From positions 7,154-71,153 of the forward strand of contig DATBAI010000013.1 in the NCBI GenBank assembly GCA_036271595.1: DNA of 64,000 nt, given 5' to 3'. This DNA comes from Usitatibacter sp. (GTDB lineage: Bacteria > Pseudomonadota > Gammaproteobacteria > Burkholderiales > Usitatibacteraceae). Made by a program: the position numbers and the translations under genes. The notes under the pieces are model-generated. The model did no database searches and had not been told where the DNA came from. It saw nothing but the letters and a program-made list of their open reading frames with translations. Positions 1-10,005 of the stretch are shown piece by piece; position 1 is the first letter of the stretch, and each line of letters begins with the position of its first letter.

Positions 1-2
1 CG

Positions 3-638
3 CTCCTGGACCGCGGGATGATCTTCGCGATCGCGCACGTGCGTGGCGGCGGGGATCGCGGGCGCACCTGGTACGACGACGGGAAGCTCCTCAAGAAGAA
101 GAACACCTTCACCGATTTCATCGCGTGCGCGGATTCGCTGGTGCGCCGGCGCTACACCACGACCGACAAGCTCGTGATCCAGGGCGGCAGCGCGGGCGGG
201 CTCCTCACCGGCGCGGTCGCCAACATGCGCCCGGATCTCTTCAAGGCGGTCGTGGCGCAGGTGCCCTTCGTGGACGTGATGAACACGATGCTCGATCCGA
301 CCTTGCCCCTCACCACCGGCGAATACCTCGAGTGGGGCAACCCGAACGAGGAGCGCTACTACCGCTACATGCGCTCCTATTCGCCTTACGACAACGTCGC
401 CGCCAGGTCATACCCCGCGATGCTCGTCGAGACCTCGCTCAACGACAGCCAGGTCGGCTACTGGGAAGCGGCCAAGTACGTGGCAAAATTGCGCTCCCTC
501 AAGACCGACCGCAATCCGTTGCTGCTCAAGACGATCATGGAAGCGGGCCACGGCGGCGCCTCCGGCCGCTACGACGCCCTCAAGGAAGTCGCCTTCACCT
601 ACGCCTTCGTCCTGGACCAGGCCGGATTGGCGAAGTAG
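3..638 (+). CDS. ptrB: Oligopeptidase B / S9 prolyl-oligopeptidase family, C-terminal part (5' end truncated by window edge)
   Basis: GGSAGG nucleophile motif, DSQV acid region, EAGHGG histidine motif, AHVRGGG segment; the frame is open back to the window start. Confidence 0.85.
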   Translation, partial: LLDRGMIFAIAHVRGGGDRGRTWYDDGKLLKKKNTFTDFIACADSLVRRRYTTTDKLVIQGGSAGGLLTGAVANMRPDLFKAVVAQVPFVDVMNTMLDPTLPLTTGEYLEWGNPNEERYYRYMRSYSPYDNVAARSYPAMLVETSLNDSQVGYWEAAKYVAKLRSLKTDRNPLLLKTIMEAGHGGASGRYDALKEVAFTYAFVLDQAGLAK

Positions 639-639
639 C

Positions 640-1509
640 TTGGGGAACCTGCGCCTCTTCGTCGCGTGCGTCGCGATCTGGGGCTCGACCTGGCTCGCGA
701 TCAAGTTCCAGCTCGGGCACGTCGCGCCCGAGGCGAGCGTCGTGTATCGCTTCCTGCTAGCCTCGATGTTGCTGTTCGCCTACTGCCTTGCGCGAAGCCT
801 TCCCCTGGCGTTCACGCTCGCGCAGCATGGCTGGATCGCGCTGCAGGGCCTGTTCATGTTCAGCGTGAGCTACATCTTCGTGTACTACGCCGAGGAGCAC
901 GTGGTTTCGGGATTGGTGGCGGTCGGTTACTCGGCGAGCCCTTTGCTCGGGATGTTCGGAATGCGCGCCGCATTCGGCACCCGCATCACGCGCACGGTAG
1001 CGACGGGTTCGCTCCTGGGCATCGCGGGAATCGCGATCGTGTTCTGGCCCCAGTTCGCGCAGCTGCAGGGCGGGGGCGACGTCGCGGCGGGCGCGTTCTT
1101 CACGGTCGCCGCGGTGGTCGCGTCCACCATCGGGTCGCTCGTCGCGCAGCGTAACGCGCAGCACCAGGCGCCACTCTGGCAATCGATGGCCTACGGGATG
1201 CTGTACGGCTCGATCTTCTCGCTCGCGGTGACGCTGCTCCTCGGAAAGCCGCTGGGCTTCGAGGCAACGCCGGCCTACGTCGCTTCGCTCCTTTACCTCG
1301 CGATCCTGGGCTCGATCATCGCTTTCGCCGGCTACCTCACGCTCCTGAAGCGCGTCGGCACGGCGGTCTCGGGCTACATCGGCGTGATGGTCCCCATCGT
1401 GGCGCTCATCCTTTCGGCGGCATTCGAGGGCTTCCGCTTCACCGCGCTCACCTGGGCCGGGATCGCGATCTCGGTGGCGGGCAACGTGATCATCCTGCGG
1501 CGCCGGTAG
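640..1509 (+). CDS. EamA/DMT family transporter
   Basis: 289 aa, about 10 hydrophobic helices in two repeats, IWGSTW N-terminal motif; TTG start 1 nt after the ptrB stop. Confidence 0.85.
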   Translation: MGNLRLFVACVAIWGSTWLAIKFQLGHVAPEASVVYRFLLASMLLFAYCLARSLPLAFTLAQHGWIALQGLFMFSVSYIFVYYAEEHVVSGLVAVGYSASPLLGMFGMRAAFGTRITRTVATGSLLGIAGIAIVFWPQFAQLQGGGDVAAGAFFTVAAVVASTIGSLVAQRNAQHQAPLWQSMAYGMLYGSIFSLAVTLLLGKPLGFEATPAYVASLLYLAILGSIIAFAGYLTLLKRVGTAVSGYIGVMVPIVALILSAAFEGFRFTALTWAGIAISVAGNVIILRRR

Positions 1510-1524
1510 GCGCGGCGCATCGGC

Positions 1525-2322
1525 GTGCGTCCGCGGTCGCGCAGGTTCCTCGTCTGGCTCGCGATCTCGATCGCGGTCCACCTGCTCTGCGCGATCCTCA
1601 TTCCGGCGGTGAAGCCGCACGAGACGCTCACGACGGTTTCCGGCGGCCCGCTTACGGTGGAGCTCGTGCCGGAGCAGAAGGCCCCGGTCACGACCGCGGA
1701 GCAGGTCGCGCCCGAGCCGCGCAAGGCCGAGGCCCCACCCATCCGCCGGCCCGTCGTTCCTCCGAGGACCATCGCGCGCGAAGCGCCGAAGGGCACCGTG
1801 CCCTTGCCGCCTCCCATCCCGCCGCCGGCGCAACCCGCACCTCCATCACCTCCGGAGCCGCCCGTGGACATGATGGCCTCCATCGCGTCCAGGCGCGCCA
1901 CGCGCGAAGCGGCCGAAGCGGCCCTGGCACGCGGCCCGCACAAGCCCACGGCCGCGGAGCTCGCCCAGGCCAACATCAACCGCAACCTGCGTTTCGATCC
2001 CAATGGCGGCGTCGGCGGCGTCTTCCAGATATTGAGCAAGAGCCAGCTCTCCGCGGAATTCGCCTTCAACGGGTGGGAGCCGGATAGCGATCGCAAGTGG
2101 CGCGAGGTGATCGAGGTCCACGTGAAGCCGGGCGAGGATATCGAGCGCGGCATCGTGAAGCGGATGATGGAATTGATCCGCGGCCACTACAAGGAAGACT
2201 TCCGCTGGGAATCGCAGCGCCTCGGACGCGTGGTGGTCCTCTCGGCACGCATCGAGGATAACGACGGCACCGAGGACTTCCTGATACGGGAATTCTTCGA
2301 TACGCCGATCGCGCGCCGCTAG
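1525..2322 (+). CDS. Hypothetical membrane-anchored protein with Pro-rich linker (TonB-like architecture)
   Basis: N-terminal TM helix (SIAVHLL), PPPIPPPAQPAPPSPPEPP linker, globular C-terminus not recognised. Confidence 0.6.
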   Translation: MRPRSRRFLVWLAISIAVHLLCAILIPAVKPHETLTTVSGGPLTVELVPEQKAPVTTAEQVAPEPRKAEAPPIRRPVVPPRTIAREAPKGTVPLPPPIPPPAQPAPPSPPEPPVDMMASIASRRATREAAEAALARGPHKPTAAELAQANINRNLRFDPNGGVGGVFQILSKSQLSAEFAFNGWEPDSDRKWREVIEVHVKPGEDIERGIVKRMMELIRGHYKEDFRWESQRLGRVVVLSARIEDNDGTEDFLIREFFDTPIARR

Positions 2323-3518
2323 CGGCCTGCGCGCCTGTATCCGTCGTCGAGGGTACGCAGGAAAGCCACGATGTCGTGGATGTCGGCATCCGTGAGTGGC
2401 TCCTTCGTTCTCCCGAACGGTGCTTCCTGGCTCACGTTGTCGCGTAGGCTCGGCGGCAGGTCGTCGAATTTCTCCACCTGTCCACCACGGGCCGGGTACC
2501 AGCGCGCCGGCTTGGAGTCGCGCTCGCCGTAGAAGCGCACGGCCTTCTCGAGGCCCTTCACCGCGCCGTTGTGGAAGAAGACCGAGCGGCGCGCGGCGTT
2601 ACGCAGCGTGGGCGTGCGGAAGCGCCCGCAATATTCGCGATGCGAGGCGAGGTCGGTGCGGATCGGCCCGCAAAGGCCGAGATCGTAGGCGCCGTCCTTC
2701 GCGATACGCGGATTGCGCGGCACGCCGAGCGCGATGAACCCCCAGTCGCTGAACGCCGGAAGCGCGTGTTCCTTGATGCCGCTCGGGTGGCACGAGGCGC
2801 AGTTGCCGCGCGCCGGATCGTTGAAAGCCTGCAGGCCTCGAAGCTCGGCGCGGGTGAGCTTCGCGTTGCCGCGCAGGTAGGCGTCGTACTTGCTGTCGTA
2901 GGGATAGAACTCGCGCGGGTCCTCCTGGAAGACCTCCAGCGCAAGCACCATCGCGCGGAACGCTCGCGGGCCGTCGTCGAGCACCGAGGGTCCGAATGCG
3001 TCGCGCATCGCCCGGGCGTTGGAAGATGCGCGCACGCGGGCGACCACCTCGTCGGCGTCGCGATTGGCCATTTCCAGGGGAGAGGTGAGGGGAAGGGCGG
3101 CCTGGTCGTGAAGCGTGCGCGCGCGTCCATCCCAGGTGTGGCCGCCCGCGGGGCCCTGGTCCTCGGCGTCATTGCCGTCGGCCTCGAAGAAGTGCTCCGT
3201 GAAGGCCGGGACGTGCTGGAGGTATCGAAGCGATGGCGCCGCGCGCGTCCCCGGAGTCTTGCCGTCGGCGCCCGCCAGCTGCACCGCGAGGCCGTTCGGT
3301 GGCCCATAGGCGTGCGCTGGATCGTGGCAGCTCGCGCACGAGATACGGCCGGAGGCCGAGAGGGACCGGTCGTGGAAGAGCGCGCGCCCGAGCGCGGTCA
3401 ACTGCTCCACCGTGGGACGCCTCTCGAAGGGCGTGGCGTAGAACGGGGTGCTGTCGCCGCACGCGGCGAGCGACGCCAGCGCGCAAAAAGCGAGCCCCGC
3501 GAAGGAAGCGGTCTTCAC
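2319..3518 (-). CDS. Di-heme cytochrome c peroxidase/MauG superfamily lipoprotein (BthA-like)
   Basis: GTG start with lipobox-like LAAC, two CASCH heme motifs, [17 protein letters not shown]; this is the 3' part of the 826-aa track ORF. Confidence 0.85.
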   Translation of the reverse strand: MKTASFAGLAFCALASLAACGDSTPFYATPFERRPTVEQLTALGRALFHDRSLSASGRISCASCHDPAHAYGPPNGLAVQLAGADGKTPGTRAAPSLRYLQHVPAFTEHFFEADGNDAEDQGPAGGHTWDGRARTLHDQAALPLTSPLEMANRDADEVVARVRASSNARAMRDAFGPSVLDDGPRAFRAMVLALEVFQEDPREFYPYDSKYDAYLRGNAKLTRAELRGLQAFNDPARGNCASCHPSGIKEHALPAFSDWGFIALGVPRNPRIAKDGAYDLGLCGPIRTDLASHREYCGRFRTPTLRNAARRSVFFHNGAVKGLEKAVRFYGERDSKPARWYPARGGQVEKFDDLPPSLRDNVSQEAPFGRTKEPLTDADIHDIVAFLRTLDDGYRRAGR

Positions 3519-3571
3519 GTCGCCAGCAAAGCGTATTTGCGTTTCACCCGCGTGACAATGGATGCGAAAAA

Positions 3572-3605
3572 TCGTCACGCACCTGTCACGCGCGAGCCGT
3601 CTAAT
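3572..3605 (+). promoter_or_regulatory. Pho box (TCGTCAC-GCAC-CTGTCAC) followed 10 bp later by a -10 element TCTAAT
   Basis: 7-4-7 direct repeat matching CTGTCAT-N4-CTGTCAC with canonical spacing to the -10, upstream of an acid phosphatase. Confidence 0.7.
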
Positions 3606-3641
3606 CGCCGCTCCTCCCGAACCATCACACAACGAGAGCCC

Positions 3642-5264
3642 ATGCGACCCCGACAAATCGCCATCGCCATTTCCATCGTTCTCGCCGGCGGACTCGCCGC
3701 GGGAATCGCCGCCTGCACTTCCCACGACAGTTGCGACACCGATTGCCAGCTGCAGGACAAGGTGCAGACGGTGGTCGTGATCTACGCGGAGAACCGTAGC
3801 TTCGACAACATGTTCGGCCTCTTTCCGGGCGCGAACGGTATCCCGGGCGTGAACGCGTCGGCGTCGGGCAGCATCGCCTCGCAGGTGGATCGCGATGGAA
3901 CGCCACTCGCGAAGCTTCCCCAGACGTGGGGCGGCGTGACCCTTGCGGGCCAGGCGCCGGTCGTCACCCAGGCGATGAGCGACAACCTCGCCAACAAGCC
4001 CTTCCGCATCGACACCCAGTACAACCTGCCGCAGTCGATCATCACACGCGATCTCTACCATCGGTTCTTCGAGAACCAGATGCAGATCGACGGCGGCAAG
4101 AACGACAAGATGGCCGCCTGGGCGGACTCGGGCGGGCTCGTGATGGGCTACTGGGACGCGACCAACACCAGGCTGGGCCAGCTCGCGAAGCAGTTCGTCC
4201 TGGCGGACAACTTCTACCAGGGCGCCTTCGGGGGCTCGTTCCTCAACCATCAGTACCTCATCTGCGCGTGCGCGCCGGAATATCCGAATGCCGATACCGC
4301 GGCGGCGAAGCCGACGATCGCGGTGGTCGACACGGATGCCGCCGGGAAGCTCACGGCAAACCTCACCGCGGCCGCGGCCTCGCCGGATTCTTCCCTCGAT
4401 GGGCCGCCCACGTTCGTGCTCTCGGGCAACATCGCGCCGAAGAACTATTTCGGCGACGGCACTTTTCGCGCGGTGAACACGATGCAGCCGCCGTACCAGC
4501 CGAGCGGGAATGCCCCCGCCTCCAGCGACGCAACGGGTCTTTACGCGACGACGGCATCGGGCACGACGCTTCCGCCGCAGGCGCAGAAGAACATCGGCGA
4601 TGTCCTCACCGCCAAGGGGCTTACCTGGGCGTGGTACGCGCAGGCCTGGAGCGCCGCTTCGGCCAACCGCGCGTTGATCTACAGCGGCACGGCCTCCGGA
4701 CCCAATGGCGTCGCGCCCGATTTCCAGGCGCACCACCATCCGTTCAACTACTTCGCCAACATGGATCCCGTGGCGAGCGCCGCCAATCGCTCCACGCATC
4801 TGAAGGACTACAACGATCTCGTCGCCGCGGCGGCGGCGGGCACGCTACCCAACGTCGTCTTCTACAAGCCGGAAGGCGATACCAACATGCATCCGGGTTA
4901 TACCAACATCACGGGCGCGGACAACCATCTCGCCGACCTCGTCGCCAAGCTCCAGGCGAGCCCCCAGTACAAGAACATGGTCATCGTAGTCACCTACGAC
5001 GAGTTCGGCGGCCAATGGGACCACGTGGCCCCGCCGAAGGCCGACGCGCTCGGCCCCGGCACGCGCATTCCGGCGATCGTCATCTCGCCTTTCGCGAAGA
5101 TGGGAACGATCGACCACACGCAAATGGACTCGACCTCGGTTCTGCGGCTCATCCAGCGCCGTTGGGGCACCGATCCGCTGCCTGGCGTGACGGCCCGCGA
5201 CGAGGCGCTGAAGGCCAATGGGCTTCCCCCCATGGGCGACCTCACCTCGGCGCTGGACTTTTGA
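3642..5264 (+). CDS. acpA: Acid phosphatase AcpA (phosphoesterase/phospholipase C family), lipoprotein
   Basis: [35 protein letters not shown] and GPGTRIP motifs; signal peptide ending IAAC. Confidence 0.85.
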   Translation: MRPRQIAIAISIVLAGGLAAGIAACTSHDSCDTDCQLQDKVQTVVVIYAENRSFDNMFGLFPGANGIPGVNASASGSIASQVDRDGTPLAKLPQTWGGVTLAGQAPVVTQAMSDNLANKPFRIDTQYNLPQSIITRDLYHRFFENQMQIDGGKNDKMAAWADSGGLVMGYWDATNTRLGQLAKQFVLADNFYQGAFGGSFLNHQYLICACAPEYPNADTAAAKPTIAVVDTDAAGKLTANLTAAAASPDSSLDGPPTFVLSGNIAPKNYFGDGTFRAVNTMQPPYQPSGNAPASSDATGLYATTASGTTLPPQAQKNIGDVLTAKGLTWAWYAQAWSAASANRALIYSGTASGPNGVAPDFQAHHHPFNYFANMDPVASAANRSTHLKDYNDLVAAAAAGTLPNVVFYKPEGDTNMHPGYTNITGADNHLADLVAKLQASPQYKNMVIVVTYDEFGGQWDHVAPPKADALGPGTRIPAIVISPFAKMGTIDHTQMDSTSVLRLIQRRWGTDPLPGVTARDEALKANGLPPMGDLTSALDF

Positions 5265-5265
5265 A

Positions 5266-5736
5266 CTAGCCCTTTCGGTCCCGGAACGCGCGCAGGGACC
5301 GCTCGGCGTCCTTGCGCACTTTCCACCTGAGGGGAGGCGACCAGCCGAGGAGCTTGCCCGCGGGGCCCAGCGCCTGCGCGGCCCAGCGCCAGAACGAAAA
5401 GCTGTCGTAGTGGCGCACGATGAGCCCGTCCCGGAACGCGAAGAGCGCATGGACGCGGTTCTCGACGCCGCGCCCGGTTCGGCTGAACGTATATCGCGCG
5501 GTCCAGCGGGCTTCGCCGCCCTGCGGCCCTGCCTCGCAGGCATCCAGCGTCACGGAGAGGTCCGCGGCGCGCGCCAGCAGCATCCGCCACATGTCGCAGG
5601 CTTCCTCGCCGCGCAGCATGGGGAAGACGGCATCGCTGAAGGCCACTTCCGGGTGGTAGCAGCGCGCCATGGCCTCCGCGTCGCGCGCGGCAAAGGCTTG
5701 GTAGAAATCGCGGACGAGCCGCTCGTGGGGATGCAT
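5266..5736 (-). CDS. SnoaL/NTF2-like family protein
   Basis: FYQAF..RDAEAM..CYHPEV.FSD pattern, 156 aa. Confidence 0.8.
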   Translation of the reverse strand: MHPHERLVRDFYQAFAARDAEAMARCYHPEVAFSDAVFPMLRGEEACDMWRMLLARAADLSVTLDACEAGPQGGEARWTARYTFSRTGRGVENRVHALFAFRDGLIVRHYDSFSFWRWAAQALGPAGKLLGWSPPLRWKVRKDAERSLRAFRDRKG

Positions 5737-5754
5737 GGGATGAGCCGCAGGCGC

Positions 5755-5797
5755 TTGACGCGTGTCAAGGCCCGCCCATTCTGCCGCTTTCTATACT
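5755..5797 (+). promoter_or_regulatory. CRP/FNR-family palindrome TTGAC-N4-GTCAA with -10 TATACT (class II geometry) upstream of fhs
   Basis: Perfect palindrome at 5755-5768 and TATACT at 5792-5797; site centre about -41.5 if the TSS is near 5803. Confidence 0.65.
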
Positions 5798-5833
5798 CGG
5801 GGAAAACCCGCTGTTTCCGAGGAGCCCTCCCCC

Positions 5834-7543
5834 ATGGTCACCACCAGCGCCCCCGAGGCGAAGAAATCGGCCGTCCCGAGCGACATCGAGATCGCCCAGC
5901 AGTCGAAGATGCAGCCCATCGCCGAGGTCGCGAAGAAGCTCGGCATCCCCGGGGACGCCATTTCCCCGTATGGGCACTACAAGGCGAAGGTATCGCTCGA
6001 GTACATCGACACGCTGAAGGGCAAGCCCGACGGCAAGCTGATCCTCGTGACCGCCATCAGCCCCACTCCGGCCGGCGAGGGCAAGACCACGACGACGGTG
6101 GGCCTGGGCGACGCGCTCAACGTGATCGGCAAGAAGGCGGTGATCTGCCTGCGTGAGCCTTCCCTCGGCCCCGTCTTCGGGATGAAGGGCGGCGCCGCCG
6201 GCGGCGGTTATTCGCAGGTCGTGCCGATGGAGGACATCAACCTCCACTTCACCGGCGATTTCGGCGCGATCCAGCTCGCGAACAATCTGCTCGCGGCGAT
6301 GATCGACAATCACATCAACCACGGCAACGAGCTCGGCTTCGACGTGCGCCGCATCGCGTGGAAGCGCGTGCTCGACATGAACGACCGGGCGCTGCGCCAG
6401 ATCACGGTCGCCCTCGGCGGGCCGGCCAACGGCTATCCGCGCGAGGACGGCTTCGACATCGTGGTCGCCTCCGAGGTGATGGCGATCTTCTGCCTGTCCA
6501 CCAGCATCAAGGACCTGAAGGCGCGCCTGGGCAACATCGTCTGCGGCTACACCCGGGACCAGAAGCCCATCCTCGCCAAGGACCTCAAGTGCCACGGCGC
6601 CATGGCCGCGCTCCTGAAGGACGCCATCGCGCCCAACCTGGTGCAGACGCTCGAGCATTCGCCGGCATTCATCCACGGCGGGCCCTTCGCGAACATCGCG
6701 CACGGCTGCAACTCGGTGCTCGCCACGCAGACGGCGCTCAAGCTGGGCGACTACGTGGTCACCGAGGCCGGCTTCGGCGCCGACCTGGGCGCCGAGAAGT
6801 TCATCGACATCAAGTGCCGCAAGACCGGGTTGAAGCCCTCGGCGGTGGTGCTCGTGGCCACGATCCGCGCGCTCAAGTATCACGGCGGCATCGAGGTGAA
6901 GGAGCTGGGCAAGCCCAACCTCGAGGCGCTCGCCAAGGGCATCACGAACATCGAGCGCCACGTGAGCAACATCCGCAACAACTACGGCCTTCCCTGCGTG
7001 GTGGCGATCAACCATCGCACCGAGGACACCGATGCGGAAATCGCGATGCTCCAGGAGAAGATGGCGCACCACGGCGCGAAGGTGATCCTCGCCCGCCACT
7101 GGGCCGAAGGCGGCAAGGGCGCCACCGATGTCGCGAAGGAAGTCGTGCGCCTTTGCGAGGAGCCCAGCAACTTCAAGTACGTCTACGAGGACGCGGCGCC
7201 GCTCTGGGACAAGATGAAGGCGATCGCCACGAAGATCTATGGCGCTTCCGACATCAGCGCGGATTCCAAGGTACGCGCGCAGATCAAGAAGCTGCAGGAG
7301 TCGGGCTACGGCCACTACCCGGTGTGCGTGGCGAAGACGCAGTACTCGTTCTCGACGGATCCGCAGCTTCGCGGCGCGCCCTCGGGCCACGTGGTGAACG
7401 TCCGCGAGGTGCGGCTCGCCGCGGGCGCGGAGTTCGTCGTGATGGTTTGCGGCGACATCATGACGATGCCGGGGCTTCCGAAGGTGCCGTCGGCCGTGAA
7501 CATCGACGTGGACGACAGCGGGAAGATCACCGGGCTCTTCTGA
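5834..7543 (+). CDS. fhs: Formate--tetrahydrofolate ligase
   Basis: [70 protein letters not shown]. Confidence 0.97.
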   Translation: MVTTSAPEAKKSAVPSDIEIAQQSKMQPIAEVAKKLGIPGDAISPYGHYKAKVSLEYIDTLKGKPDGKLILVTAISPTPAGEGKTTTTVGLGDALNVIGKKAVICLREPSLGPVFGMKGGAAGGGYSQVVPMEDINLHFTGDFGAIQLANNLLAAMIDNHINHGNELGFDVRRIAWKRVLDMNDRALRQITVALGGPANGYPREDGFDIVVASEVMAIFCLSTSIKDLKARLGNIVCGYTRDQKPILAKDLKCHGAMAALLKDAIAPNLVQTLEHSPAFIHGGPFANIAHGCNSVLATQTALKLGDYVVTEAGFGADLGAEKFIDIKCRKTGLKPSAVVLVATIRALKYHGGIEVKELGKPNLEALAKGITNIERHVSNIRNNYGLPCVVAINHRTEDTDAEIAMLQEKMAHHGAKVILARHWAEGGKGATDVAKEVVRLCEEPSNFKYVYEDAAPLWDKMKAIATKIYGASDISADSKVRAQIKKLQESGYGHYPVCVAKTQYSFSTDPQLRGAPSGHVVNVREVRLAAGAEFVVMVCGDIMTMPGLPKVPSAVNIDVDDSGKITGLF

Positions 7544-7556
7544 GCCGGTCGGCGCT

Positions 7557-8486
7557 TCAGGCGGCCCGGATGCCCGGGCTGTCACCCGCCTGCGTCGCGG
7601 CGAGGCGCTGCTTCGCGAACTTCACGAAGCCCTCGACCAGGCGGGAGTGGAACCGCTCCTTCGGATACACGACGGCGAGCTGGCGCACCAGCGGCGGCGC
7701 GAGCGCCACCTCGACCAGCTCTCCCAGGCGCAGCTCCTTGGCGACGGTGGCTCGCGACATGATGGCGAAGCCCAGGCCGGTCGCGACCAGCCGCTTGAGG
7801 GCTTCGGGGCTGCTCGCTTCCATTACGACCTGCAGGGCCTCGGGCGCCACGCCCGCCTCGTGCAGGTAGTGATCCACCACCTCGCGCGTCCCGGAGCCCA
7901 GCTCGCGGCTGATGTACGCATGCTCCGTGAGCGTCGGGGCCGACACGCTCGGCGCCCGGGCCAGCGCATGGCTGGGTGCGCAGACGACGCGCAGCTCGTC
8001 GTCGCAGCAGAAGTCGTTCACCAGCGAGGGCAGGTGCGAGTAGCCCTCGATGAAACCCAGGTCGAGGCTGCGCTCGGCCACGCGCGCCTGCACCACTTCC
8101 GAATTGGCGACGAAGAGCCGCGGCACCACCGCGGGATGGCGCGCCTTGAACTCTCCCAGCACCTGCGGCAACAGGAATTCGGCGATCGTGGTGCTCGCCC
8201 CGATGAGGAGCGGTCCCGATTCGACCCCGCTCATCTCCTTCAGGCGCGCATCGAGCTCCCCGGAGAGCGCGAGGATGCGCTCGGCATAGTCGAAGGCCAG
8301 GACGCCCGCCGGGGTGAGGACGATGCGGCCCTGCGCGCGGTCGAAGAGGCGCAGGTCGAACTGCTCTTCGAGCTGGCGAACCTGGAAGGTCACCGCCGGC
8401 TGCGTCATGAAGAGCGCTTCCGCAGCCTTGGTGAAGGAGAGGTGCTTGGCGACTGCATGGAAGACACGAAGCCGACGGTCGGCCAT
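7557..8486 (-). CDS. LysR-family transcriptional regulator (CysL-like)
   Basis: N-terminal HTH MADRRLRVF..SFTKAAEALFMTQPAVTFQVRQLE; GASTTIAE; RELGSGTR; divergent from msmA. Confidence 0.92.
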   Translation of the reverse strand: MADRRLRVFHAVAKHLSFTKAAEALFMTQPAVTFQVRQLEEQFDLRLFDRAQGRIVLTPAGVLAFDYAERILALSGELDARLKEMSGVESGPLLIGASTTIAEFLLPQVLGEFKARHPAVVPRLFVANSEVVQARVAERSLDLGFIEGYSHLPSLVNDFCCDDELRVVCAPSHALARAPSVSAPTLTEHAYISRELGSGTREVVDHYLHEAGVAPEALQVVMEASSPEALKRLVATGLGFAIMSRATVAKELRLGELVEVALAPPLVRQLAVVYPKERFHSRLVEGFVKFAKQRLAATQAGDSPGIRAA

Positions 8487-8787
8487 GTTCGACGCATTCT
8501 CGCGGTACGGGGCAGGAGTCCCCTCGGATCGAATATTATCGCGAAGGGCGGTCGCCTGCCCCGCACGGCGCGAGCGCCACCACGGCCGGCTTGCGGGCAA
8601 CAGGCTGGCCATCCTCGGGGCGTTTCATTTGGGGCGCCCGGAACCCGCGACTTTTCGAAACGAAACGTCCGGTGGCGGCTCGGCGTTCAGACCGACGCAG
8701 AAGTCTTTTCAATTGCCCCATGAGCGCCATACACTGGCCACAGACGCCAGCCGCCATGGCGGATTGCAGGAAATAAGGAGATATCGA

Positions 8788-10005
8788 ATGCCCAGGTCAG
8801 GAGCCGAGTGGAGCGCCCCACCGAAGTTTCCGGCGACGCACTACGTCGATTCGCGCATCTACAGCGACCCCGGTATTTTCGAGGAGGAGCTGGACAAGCT
8901 CTTCCGTCCCGCGTGGATCATCGCCTGCCACGAATCCGAGATCCCGAACGCGTTCGACTACCGCCTCTTCAATCACCCGGCGGGCGTGCCGCTCATCATC
9001 GTGCGCGGCGACGACCTGAAGGTGCGCGCGTTCTACAACATCTGCCCCCACCGCGGCAACACCATCCTCTACGACCCGGCCGGCAACGCGAAGCGCATGA
9101 CCTGCATCTTCCACCAATGGTCGTTCGACGTGCGCGGCAACTGCGTCGACATCTCGCGGGCCGAGCAGGGCTACCAGGATCGTTTCTGCAAGGCCGACGC
9201 GGGGCTGCGCGAGGTCAAATGCGAGATGGCGTTCGGCGGATTCGCGTGGGTGAACCTGGACGACGCGAGCGTGACGCTGAAGGAGTTCATCGGCCCCTCG
9301 CTGGACATCCTCTCGCCCTACATGGTCGAACCGATGGAGGTATTCCACTTCAACCGCGCCGTCGTCGACACCAACTTCAAGCTGTGGCACGACACGAATA
9401 GCGAGTTCTATCACGACTATGTGCACTACTTCAATCGCATCACCGGCATGATGCAGCCCGGCTACTTCGAGCGCAGGTACACGGGCTTCCCGAACGGCCA
9501 CGCGACGGTCGGCTCGATGCAAATCCAGTACGACAAGTACGAGGGCTCGAAGGAACGCGCGGTCGGCTGGCCCGGGCTTACGCCCGGTGGGTGGTACATG
9601 GTCGACCTCTTCCCGGGGATGACGTACAACCTGCGCACCTCGGTGCTTCGCATCGACACCGCGATCCCGTTGGGGCCCAACAAGGTCGCGATCGAGTTTC
9701 GCGGGCTGGGGTTGAAGAGCGACACGCCCCAGCAACGCGCGCAACGCATCTTCGACCACAACACGATCTGGGGCCCGTTCGGCCGCAACCTGCACGAGGA
9801 CCTGCTCGCGGTCCACGGCCAGGGGCGCGCCATGCGCGAGCGCACCGACAGCCGCTGGGTGATCCACGGGCGCGAGGAGAACAACACCATCCATGACGAG
9901 GTGGGAATGCGCCACTTCTATGCCGAGTGGACCCGGCGGATGGGACGCCCGTCCTATGCCCCGATGAGCGAGAACCCGCCGAACCCGGCGCGCGCGGTGG
10001 CGTGA
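8788..10005 (+). CDS. msmA: Rieske oxygenase alpha subunit, methanesulfonate monooxygenase-like
   Basis: RBS AAGGAG; CPH-x17-CIFH Rieske motif; EFYHDYVH and HEDLL mononuclear-Fe ligands; operon context. Confidence 0.8.
   Translation: MPRSGAEWSAPPKFPATHYVDSRIYSDPGIFEEELDKLFRPAWIIACHESEIPNAFDYRLFNHPAGVPLIIVRGDDLKVRAFYNICPHRGNTILYDPAGNAKRMTCIFHQWSFDVRGNCVDISRAEQGYQDRFCKADAGLREVKCEMAFGGFAWVNLDDASVTLKEFIGPSLDILSPYMVEPMEVFHFNRAVVDTNFKLWHDTNSEFYHDYVHYFNRITGMMQPGYFERRYTGFPNGHATVGSMQIQYDKYEGSKERAVGWPGLTPGGWYMVDLFPGMTYNLRTSVLRIDTAIPLGPNKVAIEFRGLGLKSDTPQQRAQRIFDHNTIWGPFGRNLHEDLLAVHGQGRAMRERTDSRWVIHGREENNTIHDEVGMRHFYAEWTRRMGRPSYAPMSENPPNPARAVA

Noticed and set aside
3519-4799. 5' extension of the 826-aa minus-strand ORF (2319..4799) and of the 897-aa plus-strand ORF (2571..5264)
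   Set aside because: Each is the antisense shadow of the facing gene; the real genes begin at signal peptides at 3518 and 3642.
5765-7585. 606-aa ORF antisense to fhs, and similar long antisense ORFs (20810..24043, 25601..27454, 41926..44133, 44478..46844, 51663..54449, 54044..56512)
   Set aside because: They mirror well-supported genes, have no recognisable motifs, and are expected from stop-codon scarcity at high GC.
8487-8787. sigma54 promoter or riboswitch upstream of msmA
   Set aside because: TGGCGGATTGCA lacks the GG-N10-GC spacing, and no recognisable riboswitch fold was seen; only a TACACT -10 candidate at 8730.
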